DNA from: an uncultured virus (IMG/VR IMGVR_UViG_3300042887_005646)
Taxonomy: Duplodnaviria > Heunggongvirae > Uroviricota > Caudoviricetes
Length of the DNA: 64,000 bases
IMG/VR virus record: IMGVR_UViG_3300042887_005646
Direction: 5' to 3' (one strand)
Positions 1 through 8,688 of this stretch are shown here, one piece after another; the first letter of the stretch is position 1; every line of letters starts with the position of its first letter. The notes under the pieces are model-generated. The model saw only the letters and a list, made by a program, of their open reading frames with translations, searched no databases and had not been told where the DNA came from. The translations under genes and the position numbers were made by a program.

Positions 1-56
1 GCCCCGCGCCCCGCGCCCCGCGCCCCGCGCCCCGCGCCCCGCGCCCCGCGCCCCGC
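1..56. repeat. Perfect heptamer tandem repeat (GCCCCGC)x8, running off the left window edge
   Basis: Directly read: gccccgc repeated 8 times from base 1. Confidence 0.95.
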
Positions 57-313
57 AACCTAAAGCGGTTGCATCAAAGCGGTTGCGTGGGTGGTGGCGC
101 GAACAAAAAAACAACCTCGCCCTGAGCGTGATGCTCAGGGCGAGGAAGAGGAGGAGACTTATTCCTTATTGCCTTTCGGCGGGCTGGGCTGCGCGTCGAT
201 GTCGAGGATCTTGAAGAGCGCGCTCTCTTCATAGAGCGCGCCCTGGAAGAGGACGACACGGCTCTCGCGGCCGGAGGAGGGGAGACGGGCGGCTTCACTA
301 GGATGATTATACT

Positions 314-715
314 TCATTCACTTCCTTTCTGTTTGAGGGACTCGATGTCTTTCTGCAGCGCGAGAACCACCTTGCGCAGCTCTTCCATTTTGTTGACCAT
401 GTCGACGTCTCTCTTGAGGGAGAGAATCATCTCGCGCAGATCATCTACCTCGGGTCTGGCTGTGTGGCCTTCTTGTCTGGCTGTGTAGCCGACTGGTCGA
501 CGCGACAGCTCTTCAAGGCCATTGTTCATGGCAAGCCTGAGGATGGCTGATCTATTCGGGGCGTTGCGTCTGAACTCTGGCCAGTCTTCGGCCCGAGCTA
601 CAAGAGACGCCCCATGATCCAAGGTTGTCTGGAGGACTCGGAGAGTGACGTCCTGCATCATGCCTCCCGGCAGAGGCGGACGGCCTCTCTTCTTCTTAGG
701 GACTTCTTCAGACAT
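314..715 (-). CDS. Putative DNA-binding protein (AT-hook-like KKRGRP plus ribbon-helix-helix-like region, C-terminal coiled coil)
   Basis: 133 aa; AGGAG SD upstream; KKKRGRPP; VTLRV...RSAILRLAM resembles RHH strand and helix B. Confidence 0.6.
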   Translation of the reverse strand: MSEEVPKKKRGRPPLPGGMMQDVTLRVLQTTLDHGASLVARAEDWPEFRRNAPNRSAILRLAMNNGLEELSRRPVGYTARQEGHTARPEVDDLREMILSLKRDVDMVNKMEELRKVVLALQKDIESLKQKGSE

Positions 716-731
716 GCTTTACTCCTAATGA

Positions 732-807
732 CGGGGGGCTCTGGTCTGCTGGAGGCATGCCTCCCCCTCCAGCAGACCAGAGCCCCCCGGGCGAACCCGG
801 GGGGAAC
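732..807. other. Perfect 24-bp intergenic stem-loop plus small CCCGGG-cgaa-CCCGGG hairpin (RNA processing site or terminator)
   Basis: cggggggctctggtctgctggagg (732-755) pairs with cctccagcagaccagagccccccg (766-789). Confidence 0.75.
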
Positions 808-814
808 ATTCACG

Positions 815-2494
815 CTACTTCCGAGCGACGGCGCGAGCCGCGAGCGCGGAGGCGTCTCCGTTGAGGAGATCGTTGCTCAGCAGCATACGATCTCCGGCCA
901 GCTCCTTGAGAACGGGCATGACGCAACAGTCGGAGGCGCCCACGACAAGGTAGTTGAGGTTGCGAGACCTAAAGACCTTGCGGGCGTGGTCGTCGTCGAC
1001 GTCACCCTGACCATCGGAGATGAGCAGGACGTCGTCGCAGTAGCCCAGCGACTCGACGTGATGCATGAGCGGCACGAAGGACGTGCCACCACGCGGCTCG
1101 ACCCGCAGCATAGCCTCGATGAAGGCGGCGCGGCTGGCGGGGTCCTCGCCAGCAAGAGGGATCTCCTCGATGCTGGTGTCGAACACAGTGCAGCTAACCT
1201 TGCGGCGCTGCTCCAGCGAGTAGAGAACGGCAGCGCAAGCGAAGGCGTTGCCGTAGTAGACGCCACCGGGCGAGCGGAACGAACTCATCGAGCCGGAGAT
1301 GTCCAGCGAGACGTGGACAGGGCCGTTGCCCTTGGACGAATAGTCCCAAGTGCGATAGCCCGCAGCCTGACGAGTAAGCACCCGAGTGATCTGGTGCGCA
1401 GCGATGCCGGGGACGGCCATGAGGGCCGCCTCCATAGGAAGGAGCGTGCGAAGGTCCTTGGCTCGAGTCACCCCAAGGGGGATCGTCTTGCCGGGGACCC
1501 GCTCACGAACCCGCGAACGGCGCATCGACTTCATGAAGCGGCCCACGATCTTGATGAACTCGTGGAGACGCTTCTGAGCGAGGATGCGACGAACGATCTC
1601 CATGTCAGCGTCCGTAGGATCCTTGAACACATGCTCGGCCTTCTCACGCCCGAAGGTCGTGGTGATGGCCTCGATGATGTCCGCGGAGTCCTTGGCGGCC
1701 GCCTCGACGGCGTCCTCGCCCGTCTCCCTAGCGTCCTGCTTGTCGACCCCGTCGAGGCCGGCAAGCATCTTCTCCACCTGCTTACGGAAGGCGTCGAGCT
1801 GCTCCTGCATACCCGGAGCCGGCTGCTTCTGCATGCCCTTGTTCTGAAGCTTCTCCGCAATCTTGCGGATGGCCTCCTCGGCAGCGGCCTTGTTCGGGTA
1901 GGTAGTAGAGACGGACTCGTTGAAGGGTCCGTGCTCGTCCTCTCCGGACTGGCTCACCGTGACATCGTGGGGCTGATCCGCGCCGGGGTTGTTCGGGTCG
2001 GAAGGTCGGATGGTAATCTCGACCTCCTCTCCCTTGCCTTCCCACGTTTCGGGTTCGCCTTCGCAGTCACCTTCGCAGGGATCGCCGCCGGGGCCTTTGC
2101 CCTTGCCGCGCTTCGGCGGATCCGGCCAGTCGAGGCCCGCGAGGACCTTGACAATGGCCTTAGTGGTAAGGGTGGCGTTGATCACGTTGCTCCGAGAGTC
2201 GGACTCCAGAACGGCGTAGCCCGGCACAGAGCGCATCTGAGACAGACCCCACTCGACAACCTGCCGAATGGGATCTTTGTCCGTCTTGGCGTCGACTTCA
2301 GTGGTCGGGTTGTTGAGACCAGACCAGATGTCGCGGACGATGTACGGCGAGAAAGCGCCCGTCTGCTTGGAGAAGGACTTCTCGATGTCTCGAAGCGCCG
2401 TGTACTGAGAGCGTACGCGTTCGTATCGCTTCTCCGTCAGGCCTCGAATATTGAGACGTACGTGAATGTTGTCTAGCTTCCTGTCTTCGCTCAT
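815..2494 (-). CDS. VWA (von Willebrand factor A) domain protein, ViaA-like partner of MoxR ATPase
   Basis: 559 aa; MIDAS DISGS, GGTSF, LLISDG motifs in the C-terminal third; directly downstream of a MoxR-like gene. Confidence 0.85.
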   Translation of the reverse strand: MSEDRKLDNIHVRLNIRGLTEKRYERVRSQYTALRDIEKSFSKQTGAFSPYIVRDIWSGLNNPTTEVDAKTDKDPIRQVVEWGLSQMRSVPGYAVLESDSRSNVINATLTTKAIVKVLAGLDWPDPPKRGKGKGPGGDPCEGDCEGEPETWEGKGEEVEITIRPSDPNNPGADQPHDVTVSQSGEDEHGPFNESVSTTYPNKAAAEEAIRKIAEKLQNKGMQKQPAPGMQEQLDAFRKQVEKMLAGLDGVDKQDARETGEDAVEAAAKDSADIIEAITTTFGREKAEHVFKDPTDADMEIVRRILAQKRLHEFIKIVGRFMKSMRRSRVRERVPGKTIPLGVTRAKDLRTLLPMEAALMAVPGIAAHQITRVLTRQAAGYRTWDYSSKGNGPVHVSLDISGSMSSFRSPGGVYYGNAFACAAVLYSLEQRRKVSCTVFDTSIEEIPLAGEDPASRAAFIEAMLRVEPRGGTSFVPLMHHVESLGYCDDVLLISDGQGDVDDDHARKVFRSRNLNYLVVGASDCCVMPVLKELAGDRMLLSNDLLNGDASALAARAVARK

Positions 2495-2607
2495 GACTTA
2501 CTCCTTAGGAGTGGGGGGGAACTACGCACTGTAGAACGGATAAGGGCTGAAGTCTTATCCGCTCTACAGTGCGGGCGCCTTTCGGCGCACCGCGTTCGAG
2601 CAAGCGA

Positions 2608-3909
2608 CTAGCGCTTGCGGCGGGACATGAGGGCCGAGGCGAGCGAGCGCTCGATCACCTTCTTCTTGACGGTGATCGCACGGATCGCGGACTCGACGGC
2701 CTCCTTGTCGTCGACATCGTCAGCATTCTCGAGGCTGTTGGTCAGGGCCTTGATCTCGTTGTCGATGAACTCGACAAGAGCCACGGCCACCGTGGCGCGG
2801 CGGGGATCGTTGTCGTCCATGCGGGACGACTCGACCTTGAGGCCGTTCTCGGACTGAGCGTCACGGGCGAGCCGCTTGTCACGCATAGCCGTGGCATACT
2901 CCTCGACCTTGCGGACGGAGGAGTCGGCCTCGGCCATACGCTCGGAGAGGACCTTGGAGATCTGCTCGGCGACGATGGCCTTCTGATCCGGCGTAGTCCA
3001 GAAGGCGTGCTGGAGCCAGCGCAGGTCCTGAAGCTTCACCGTGTCGCGGCCGTCGATGAGGGCGTGACCCTGCAAGGCCTTCATTGCCTTGCGCCAAGTG
3101 CGAGCCGAGACCCGAACCTGAGAGTCAGGCACGCCGTTGAGACCCTCGGGGAGAGCCATGGCGAGCTGGCGCAGAGCGTTGATCACCGTGGGCGGGATCT
3201 CGACATGCTTGACGGCAGCCTGAAGGGCGCGAACCTCTGCCTTGGTGACAGTGGTCTTGCCCAGCGCGTCAGTGACGTTGTTGAACACGACCTCCTCCCA
3301 GTCCGGAGAGCCCGGGTCCAGGGACCGGACTTCCAGCGTGTAGAAGAAACGATCCATGAAGGCCATGAGCGACTCTTCAAGGGGGCCAAGGTCACACGGA
3401 ATGCCGTGTGTCGCGCCGCGCAGCTCGGGGGGAAGCTCGTTCGAGGCAATAGCAGCCCACAGAAGCTCCGTGGGCTTGCCCTCGAACTCGTTCTCCGAGA
3501 AGAATCGCAAGCAGGCCTGAAGCAAAGCGCCTTCGGCCTTGAAGGCCTCGTCGAGAAGCAACGTCGTCGCCGTGGGCGCGAAGCCCTTGGTGTTCCGCTT
3601 GTAGGAACCCGTGGAGACGATGTGCGGGACGTCAGGCCCGCCGAAGATATCGGCATCAGTGGAGGACTTGGACAGGCCCACCGAGAAGTGGGTGCCGTCC
3701 GCAACCTTGTTGCCGATCGCCTGAGCGAGTGCCGTCTTGCCGTCGCCGGGAGCGCCGATGAGGATGGCGTGCATGCCGGCCGCGAGGCCGACGAGCGACA
3801 CCTCGACCTCGACCTGACGCTGCCTGAAGGCGGCGTTCAGCTCGGCTCGGATCGTGCCGATCTTGTTGACGATGGGGGCGAGTTGTTGGATAACTGACTT
3901 GTCTGACAT
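2608..3909 (-). CDS. MoxR/RavA-family AAA+ ATPase
   Basis: Start moved to MSDKSV (GGAGGAG SD); Walker A GAPGDGKT, Walker B LLLDEAFKA, ASNELP, AFMDRF, VSARTW. Confidence 0.9.
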   Translation of the reverse strand: MSDKSVIQQLAPIVNKIGTIRAELNAAFRQRQVEVEVSLVGLAAGMHAILIGAPGDGKTALAQAIGNKVADGTHFSVGLSKSSTDADIFGGPDVPHIVSTGSYKRNTKGFAPTATTLLLDEAFKAEGALLQACLRFFSENEFEGKPTELLWAAIASNELPPELRGATHGIPCDLGPLEESLMAFMDRFFYTLEVRSLDPGSPDWEEVVFNNVTDALGKTTVTKAEVRALQAAVKHVEIPPTVINALRQLAMALPEGLNGVPDSQVRVSARTWRKAMKALQGHALIDGRDTVKLQDLRWLQHAFWTTPDQKAIVAEQISKVLSERMAEADSSVRKVEEYATAMRDKRLARDAQSENGLKVESSRMDDNDPRRATVAVALVEFIDNEIKALTNSLENADDVDDKEAVESAIRAITVKKKVIERSLASALMSRRKR

Positions 3910-4015
3910 GACTACTCCTCCTAGGAGTGTTGGGGGGGAACTAGTAGTCACACTCTTGAAGGGGCGAGATACCCGCCCGCTCAAGGGTGTGCCGCCCGAA
4001 GGCGGCGAGGCCGAA

Positions 4016-4171
4016 CTACTCGCTCGGCTTTTCATAATCGAGGGCAAGCTTGATCATCTCAGCCTGCGTCTTGCCCTCGTAGGACTTCAAGACGCGCTTG
4101 ACCTCTTCCGCGGCCTCAGCGTCTCCACATGCCGCTCTCTCGACGAGCTTCCCGAACTTGCTCTTCATCAT
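4016..4171 (-). CDS. Small hypothetical protein (51 aa, absent from ORF track), paralog of 11971..12129
   Basis: Translated by hand: MMKSKFGKLVERAACGDAEAAEEVKRVLKSYEGKTQAEMIKLALDYEKPSE; ATGA overlap with the upstream gene; clear similarity to MNSKIAKLVNRVALGDAKAA. Confidence 0.85.
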   Translation of the reverse strand: MMKSKFGKLVERAACGDAEAAEEVKRVLKSYEGKTQAEMIKLALDYEKPSE

Positions 4172-4455
4172 TCGGGCAGCTCGAAGTAGATGGGCTGGAC
4201 GACGGGGGAAGGCGAAGGGGCCTTGGCGGCCCGCTTCTTATACTTCCGCTTAGCCTTAGGCTCGGCCTTAGCCTTTGCCTTCGGCTCGGCCTTCGGCTCG
4301 GCCTTCGGAGCGGCCTTCGGCGCGCTGTCGAGGGCGGGGTCGAGCAGAGCCCGCGCAATGCGGAGCACCCTCGACACTGCCGCGGCGTTAGCCATAAGGG
4401 CCTTCTCGAGGTCTTCTACATCCTCTAGTAACATCTCAATCGCAAGTTTGCGCAT
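4168..4455 (-). CDS. Hypothetical basic protein with PKAE/AKA repeats
   Basis: 95 aa; GGAGGAG SD in the conserved leader. Confidence 0.75.
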   Translation of the reverse strand: MRKLAIEMLLEDVEDLEKALMANAAAVSRVLRIARALLDPALDSAPKAAPKAEPKAEPKAKAKAEPKAKRKYKKRAAKAPSPSPVVQPIYFELPE

Positions 4456-4560
4456 GACTTACTCCTCCTTAGGAGTGTGGGGGAACTAGTAGTCACACTC
4501 TTGAAGGGGCGAGATACCCGCCCGCTCAAGGGTGTGCCGCCCGAAGGCGGCGAGGCCGAA

Positions 4561-4956
4561 CTAGTCGACCTCTTTATAGATCGTAACTTTCACGGAGTCT
4601 TCCCCCGTGAACTGGAGGGTGATCGGCGGCATGTCCTTCCGGACACGCTCGACGCCGGCGTCGTTCTCCTCGAACGAGGCGAGGGCGACATGGTCGTCCT
4701 CGTCTACAACGGCGCCGACGCGCTTGAGGAGCTCGGCCTGGATCTTCTCGAACACATCGTCGACGAGGTGCTTTACCATGATCGACTTGCCGTTGATCTC
4801 GACGTTACCGTCGAAGAGATCCTCAAGAGAGAGGACGGCCACGGCCGCCCTCACCTGAACGAGCTCCAGAAGGAGCTCGTCCGTCTGGGTGAATCTGAAC
4901 CACGCGTCGTTGACGCGGGCCAGTCTCATGATGCTTGCTTCCACTACTTTCTTCAT
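4561..4956 (-). CDS. Hypothetical protein
   Basis: Start moved to MKKVVEAS (131 aa), preceded by GGAG SD and the conserved C-run leader. Confidence 0.75.
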   Translation of the reverse strand: MKKVVEASIMRLARVNDAWFRFTQTDELLLELVQVRAAVAVLSLEDLFDGNVEINGKSIMVKHLVDDVFEKIQAELLKRVGAVVDEDDHVALASFEENDAGVERVRKDMPPITLQFTGEDSVKVTIYKEVD

Positions 4957-5233
4957 GACTATCTCCGTTGTGGAGTGGGGGGGAACTAGGTTCACTTGTC
5001 CATCGTCGGAGCACCTAGTATTACCTACATGCGGCATACTAACGGCTTGGGGGGACGCATAAGAGCCGTCCGACGATGGGCAAGTAGACCTACTTACCGC
5101 GATAATACAAACACAAGAAAGCGCGAACGCTGCGCCAGCGGCACGCGGGACACTCGACCCACACACCACAAGCACAACAGTCGCGCACCACACTCGCGCC
5201 TCCAGCGTGGCGTTGTTGTTGTTGCCACACTTC

Positions 5234-5310
5234 CTACCACTAATGGGGGGCAGCAGGAGCCTCTCCCCCCAGACCGGCCACAACCCTCGCGCATTATACG
5301 CGCGGGAGGC
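5234..5310. promoter_or_regulatory. Copy 1 of a duplicated 77-bp structured element upstream of a leftward operon
   Basis: 75/77 identical to 18321-18397; G6...C6 hairpin and minus-strand TATAAT inside a CGCG palindrome. Confidence 0.65.
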
Positions 5311-5637
5311 TCACCGAAGACACCACCACAACCCGGACTCCGGTAGGCGTTGTGGAGGCTCTGGTAGTGGTGGCTCCCGCAAGACTATAGTGGCTCCCGT
5401 AGTAGTGGTGGCTCTGGTAGCCGCGCCGGAGCCACCCTGCGGGAGACGCTAGACCCTAGGCCACACTTCTTATTGTAATAGTTTTATTTATAAATATATT
5501 TAAAGTAGGCCGCTACGTTTCTAGAACTAATTGCCCTATCTTAAAGCGGTTGCGTAGAGCCTGAGTAGACAAATAAAAATAAAGCGGCAGCTTGGTAGCC
5601 GCCGCTCTATCTTCTAGCTCTCTATCTTCTAACTCAG

Positions 5638-5719
5638 TGGGCCTGGTGGGACTCGAACCCACAAACTTGTTCAGTAGAGGATTTTAAGTCCGCCGCGTTT
5701 GCCTTTTCGCCACAGGCCC
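5638..5719 (-). tRNA. trnL: tRNA-Leu, anticodon UAA
   Basis: Acceptor GGGCCTG/CAGGCCC plus discriminator A; anticodon loop CTTAAAA; long variable arm; T-arm GTGGG-TTCGAGT-CCCAC; CCA not encoded; one mismatch in the anticodon stem. Confidence 0.92.
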
Positions 5720-5750
5720 TGCAGCGCCCGAGGGCGCCTTCCGTTTTCGT

Positions 5751-6089
5751 CTACCGCTGAGCAGACTTCATGGCCGCAAGGGCCGTCTGAATCTGCCGCT
5801 CAGTCTTGATGGCACCGGCAAGCTTAGCATACTGCCTAGCCTCCTTAACTGTATTGCGAAGCTTGTTGAGCTCCCGAGACTTAAAGAGCTTAGTGTAGGT
5901 AGCGCTACCTTCATCTGCGGAGCTTTCGATCCGCTCGAGATTGCTCTCGGCCATCTCAAGCTCTCGGAGGAAGACCTCCTGAGGAGTCATAGGCTCCCCG
6001 GCAGCGTCGTCATCGCCCTGGCTCACATGCGCCTCAGCAGTAAGGTTGTCGAGGTCAATCTCTTCACTGTTAACAAACTCGCTGTTCAT
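5751..6089 (-). CDS. Hypothetical protein
   Basis: Start MNSEFV (112 aa); TAATG overlap with the upstream gene; AGGAGG SD. Confidence 0.75.
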   Translation of the reverse strand: MNSEFVNSEEIDLDNLTAEAHVSQGDDDAAGEPMTPQEVFLRELEMAESNLERIESSADEGSATYTKLFKSRELNKLRNTVKEARQYAKLAGAIKTERQIQTALAAMKSAQR

Positions 6090-6799
6090 TAGCCCTCCTT
6101 TGTGGACCGAATGGTCCAAGTAGCCTGGTCGAGAATCGCATCGAAGCGGGCTTCGATCTCCTTTAAGGTATCCGAAACGGTAGGCACCTTGACTGGCGCC
6201 GGCGCCGGCGCTGCCGGGGGCGCGGCGGGCGAGGAGACAGCAGCGGCCTTCTTCGGGCGGCGCACCGGTGTCTTCTTTTTCTTAATCGGGCTGATGAGTG
6301 AGGCCCGCTTCGAGGGCTTAGAGGGCCTCGCCGGCTTCACAGCTTCAGGCCTCTGCTCGCTCACGGCGGGCTTGGCCGCGGACAGCAGGGAGTCGAACGC
6401 CTCAATGGCTGCACGCTCCTCGCTGACCTTGGGGGCCACCACCTCAGTCTTCTTCTTTCTCTTGCCGCTTCCAGGGCGAGGGCCGCCCCAGTTCCCCCTG
6501 CGAACGTAGGGCTGGCGCGAGTTATTGGATGCGTATCGGACGGGGGGCAGCTCCTTAAGAGACTCCTCGCCAAAAAAGATGCGCATCGTATCTGTAAGAG
6601 GGCCTAGAAGATTAACAACGCTCTTAAGAGCATCGGCCATCTCCTTTACTGCCTCTTCGTTAGGCGACTTACTCTCGAGCTCTTTCTTGAGGTCCTTGCG
6701 AAGGGACTCTCCGAGGTCGAGAAGGTAAGCCCGAAAAAGAGGAAGGGCTTTAATCCAAGCGTACTGGAAACTATGAATCTTTTCTTTTGTGGTAGCCAT
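6089..6799 (-). CDS. Hypothetical protein with WGGPRPGSGKRKK basic motif and Pro/Ala/Lys-rich linker
   Basis: Start probably MATTKEK (236 aa); motif resembles GGxRxGxGR DNA-binding hooks. Confidence 0.7.
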   Translation of the reverse strand: MATTKEKIHSFQYAWIKALPLFRAYLLDLGESLRKDLKKELESKSPNEEAVKEMADALKSVVNLLGPLTDTMRIFFGEESLKELPPVRYASNNSRQPYVRRGNWGGPRPGSGKRKKKTEVVAPKVSEERAAIEAFDSLLSAAKPAVSEQRPEAVKPARPSKPSKRASLISPIKKKKTPVRRPKKAAAVSSPAAPPAAPAPAPVKVPTVSDTLKEIEARFDAILDQATWTIRSTKEG

Positions 6800-6831
6800 G
6801 AGATATAATCCTTGGTGGTTTGGGGCTATGC

Positions 6832-7218
6832 TTAGCCCAGGGTTACGGAGGTACGAATGACTGCCTCTTCTTGAGCATCCTTGTCGGCCCACCCAAGCGT
6901 CACACGCCCAAGCGCAGCGAGGCCGCCGAGCTTGTAGACGTGGTAGAGGGCGCCGAGACGATTGCTAAGCTCTGCAGCCGCGTTCATCTTCTCTTCTACG
7001 GCATTAAGCTCTGCCTGAACTCGATAGGCCGGAAGGCCCGAAGCAACAGCCGCATCCCGCTCGCGGACCTTGATGGCGAACTGCTGCCACATATAGGCCT
7101 GATGCACCTGAGCCTGATTGAGGTCGGCCTCGATGCGGGTAATGTTAATCTCGTCAAGCGGATTGACCCGCTGCTGAGACTGCGAAGGCTGGACATTGAA
7201 GTTAGTCTGAATCTGCAT
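6832..7218 (-). CDS. Hypothetical protein
   Basis: Start probably MQIQTN (128 aa) with GAGGAG SD. Confidence 0.7.
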   Translation of the reverse strand: MQIQTNFNVQPSQSQQRVNPLDEINITRIEADLNQAQVHQAYMWQQFAIKVRERDAAVASGLPAYRVQAELNAVEEKMNAAAELSNRLGALYHVYKLGGLAALGRVTLGWADKDAQEEAVIRTSVTLG

Positions 7219-7270
7219 CTGCTCTCTCCTCTGTTGCGGCCCTTGAGGGGTAAACAAGGGCCGAGGTAAA

Positions 7271-7723
<453 letters not shown>

Positions 7724-7747
7724 AGTCTTGTCCTCCGGCTCAACAGG

Positions 7748-8344
7748 TTATGCCTCAGCAGTTTCGTTCGAGGCGTGTGTAATAGTAGCAGTAGACTTCG
7801 GCATGTCAAGTGTCTCGACCTCACTTTTTTCTTCGCCTACCAGATTCGTCTTAGGGTATTCGTAGAACTTAGTGAAGGAAGTCATCTCAGTAATAAAGGA
7901 CCTGAGCTCAGGCTGCACATGGTACTTAAAGATATCCCCAGCATAGAGGCCATGGTAGAGCCCCTTCCGCATGAAGACTCGAAGGGCCTGGCCGCTCTCT
8001 GGGCTAACAGCCTCAATAGTAATCTCAGTAACCCAGGTGTCGCCTAGGTCGCTTACAAAGGCATGCAGCGGGGCGAGATTAGGGATAGCACATTCAAAGT
8101 TAATGCGGACGGCGCCTTCAGAGTAGGTGTGAGAGAAGTCGTTGGGGACGACCTCACTCTCTAGCCGAGCAACCATCTCAACCATCTCAGCTTCTTCAGC
8201 AGCCTCACTCTCGACCACAGTAGCCTCTCTGTTGAGTAGCGCAGTGAGCGGATTATCTAACCCGCTAAGCGCCGAAGAAAGCTCAGCGTGCGTGGCAGAG
8301 TTTTCCTCAGCCGCGATAGTGATACGGACGTTCCAGTTACTCAT
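7748..8344 (-). CDS. Hypothetical protein
   Basis: 198 aa ORF in a co-oriented run, GAGGA SD. Confidence 0.75.
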   Translation of the reverse strand: MSNWNVRITIAAEENSATHAELSSALSGLDNPLTALLNREATVVESEAAEEAEMVEMVARLESEVVPNDFSHTYSEGAVRINFECAIPNLAPLHAFVSDLGDTWVTEITIEAVSPESGQALRVFMRKGLYHGLYAGDIFKYHVQPELRSFITEMTSFTKFYEYPKTNLVGEEKSEVETLDMPKSTATITHASNETAEA

Positions 8345-8374
8345 GTTGTCCTCTTTGTTCTCAATGGGGGGTAT

Positions 8375-8418
8375 GAACGAGGGGAGGAGTCGAACCTCCC
8401 ATGGGCCTATCCCTCGTC
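8375..8418 (-). other. tRNA-like minihelix (acceptor stem plus T-arm only)
   Basis: GACGAGG/CCTCGTT 7-bp stem, GGAGG-TTCGACT-CCTCC T-arm, 12-nt linker in place of the D and anticodon arms. Confidence 0.55.
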
Positions 8419-8679
8419 AGTCTCGTCCGCCTCATCTGCTTCCTCAGTCTCTTTGACCTCCGGTGCAGAGACGGCCTCAAAGACTTTAGGAATTTCAATG
8501 CCTAGGAGACGGCAGGCTTCAACCATTTTTTCTCTAGCCTGTTTGTAGGCCTCAGTGTCCCGGACACTTTTAATGTTGTCGTCGTATTGCGCCTCGGAGG
8601 CCGCAGCGTAATCTTTAACAGCGTTAAGAAGCTCGAGGACACTCTCGTATTGCTTTACAGATAGGGAGCGTGGCTTCAT
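8407..8679 (-). CDS. Hypothetical protein
   Basis: 90 aa, acidic tail, in operon context. Confidence 0.7.
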   Translation of the reverse strand: MKPRSLSVKQYESVLELLNAVKDYAAASEAQYDDNIKSVRDTEAYKQAREKMVEACRLLGIEIPKVFEAVSAPEVKETEEADEADETDEG

Positions 8680-8688
8680 GATTAGGCC

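Larger units (their letters stand above)
3934..4563. repeat. 85-bp identical intergenic direct repeat (3934-4018 and 4479-4563) containing two hairpins
   Basis: Compared base by base; contains cacactcttga...tcaagggtgtg stem and gccgcc-cgaa-ggcggc (UUCG tetraloop on the minus strand). Confidence 0.95.

Noticed and set aside
74..298. 74-aa minus-strand ORF
   Set aside because: Low-complexity Ser/Arg/Pro composition, GTG start without a clear SD; not supportable
614..3897. Long plus-strand ORFs 614..2476 (620 aa) and 2569..3897 (442 aa)
   Set aside because: Antisense shadows of the GC-rich VWA and MoxR genes; no motifs or SD
732..4563. Integron attC sites
   Set aside because: Hairpins lack RYYYAAC/GTTRRRY ends (GTT is followed by a C-run) and no integrase is visible; kept only as a generic hairpin finding
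4957..5452. Upstream extension of 4561..5283 and overlapping small ORFs
   Set aside because: They cross the duplicated regulatory block; the SD-supported start is at 4956
8375..8418. Second tRNA gene
   Set aside because: No D-arm or anticodon arm; reported as a minihelix instead
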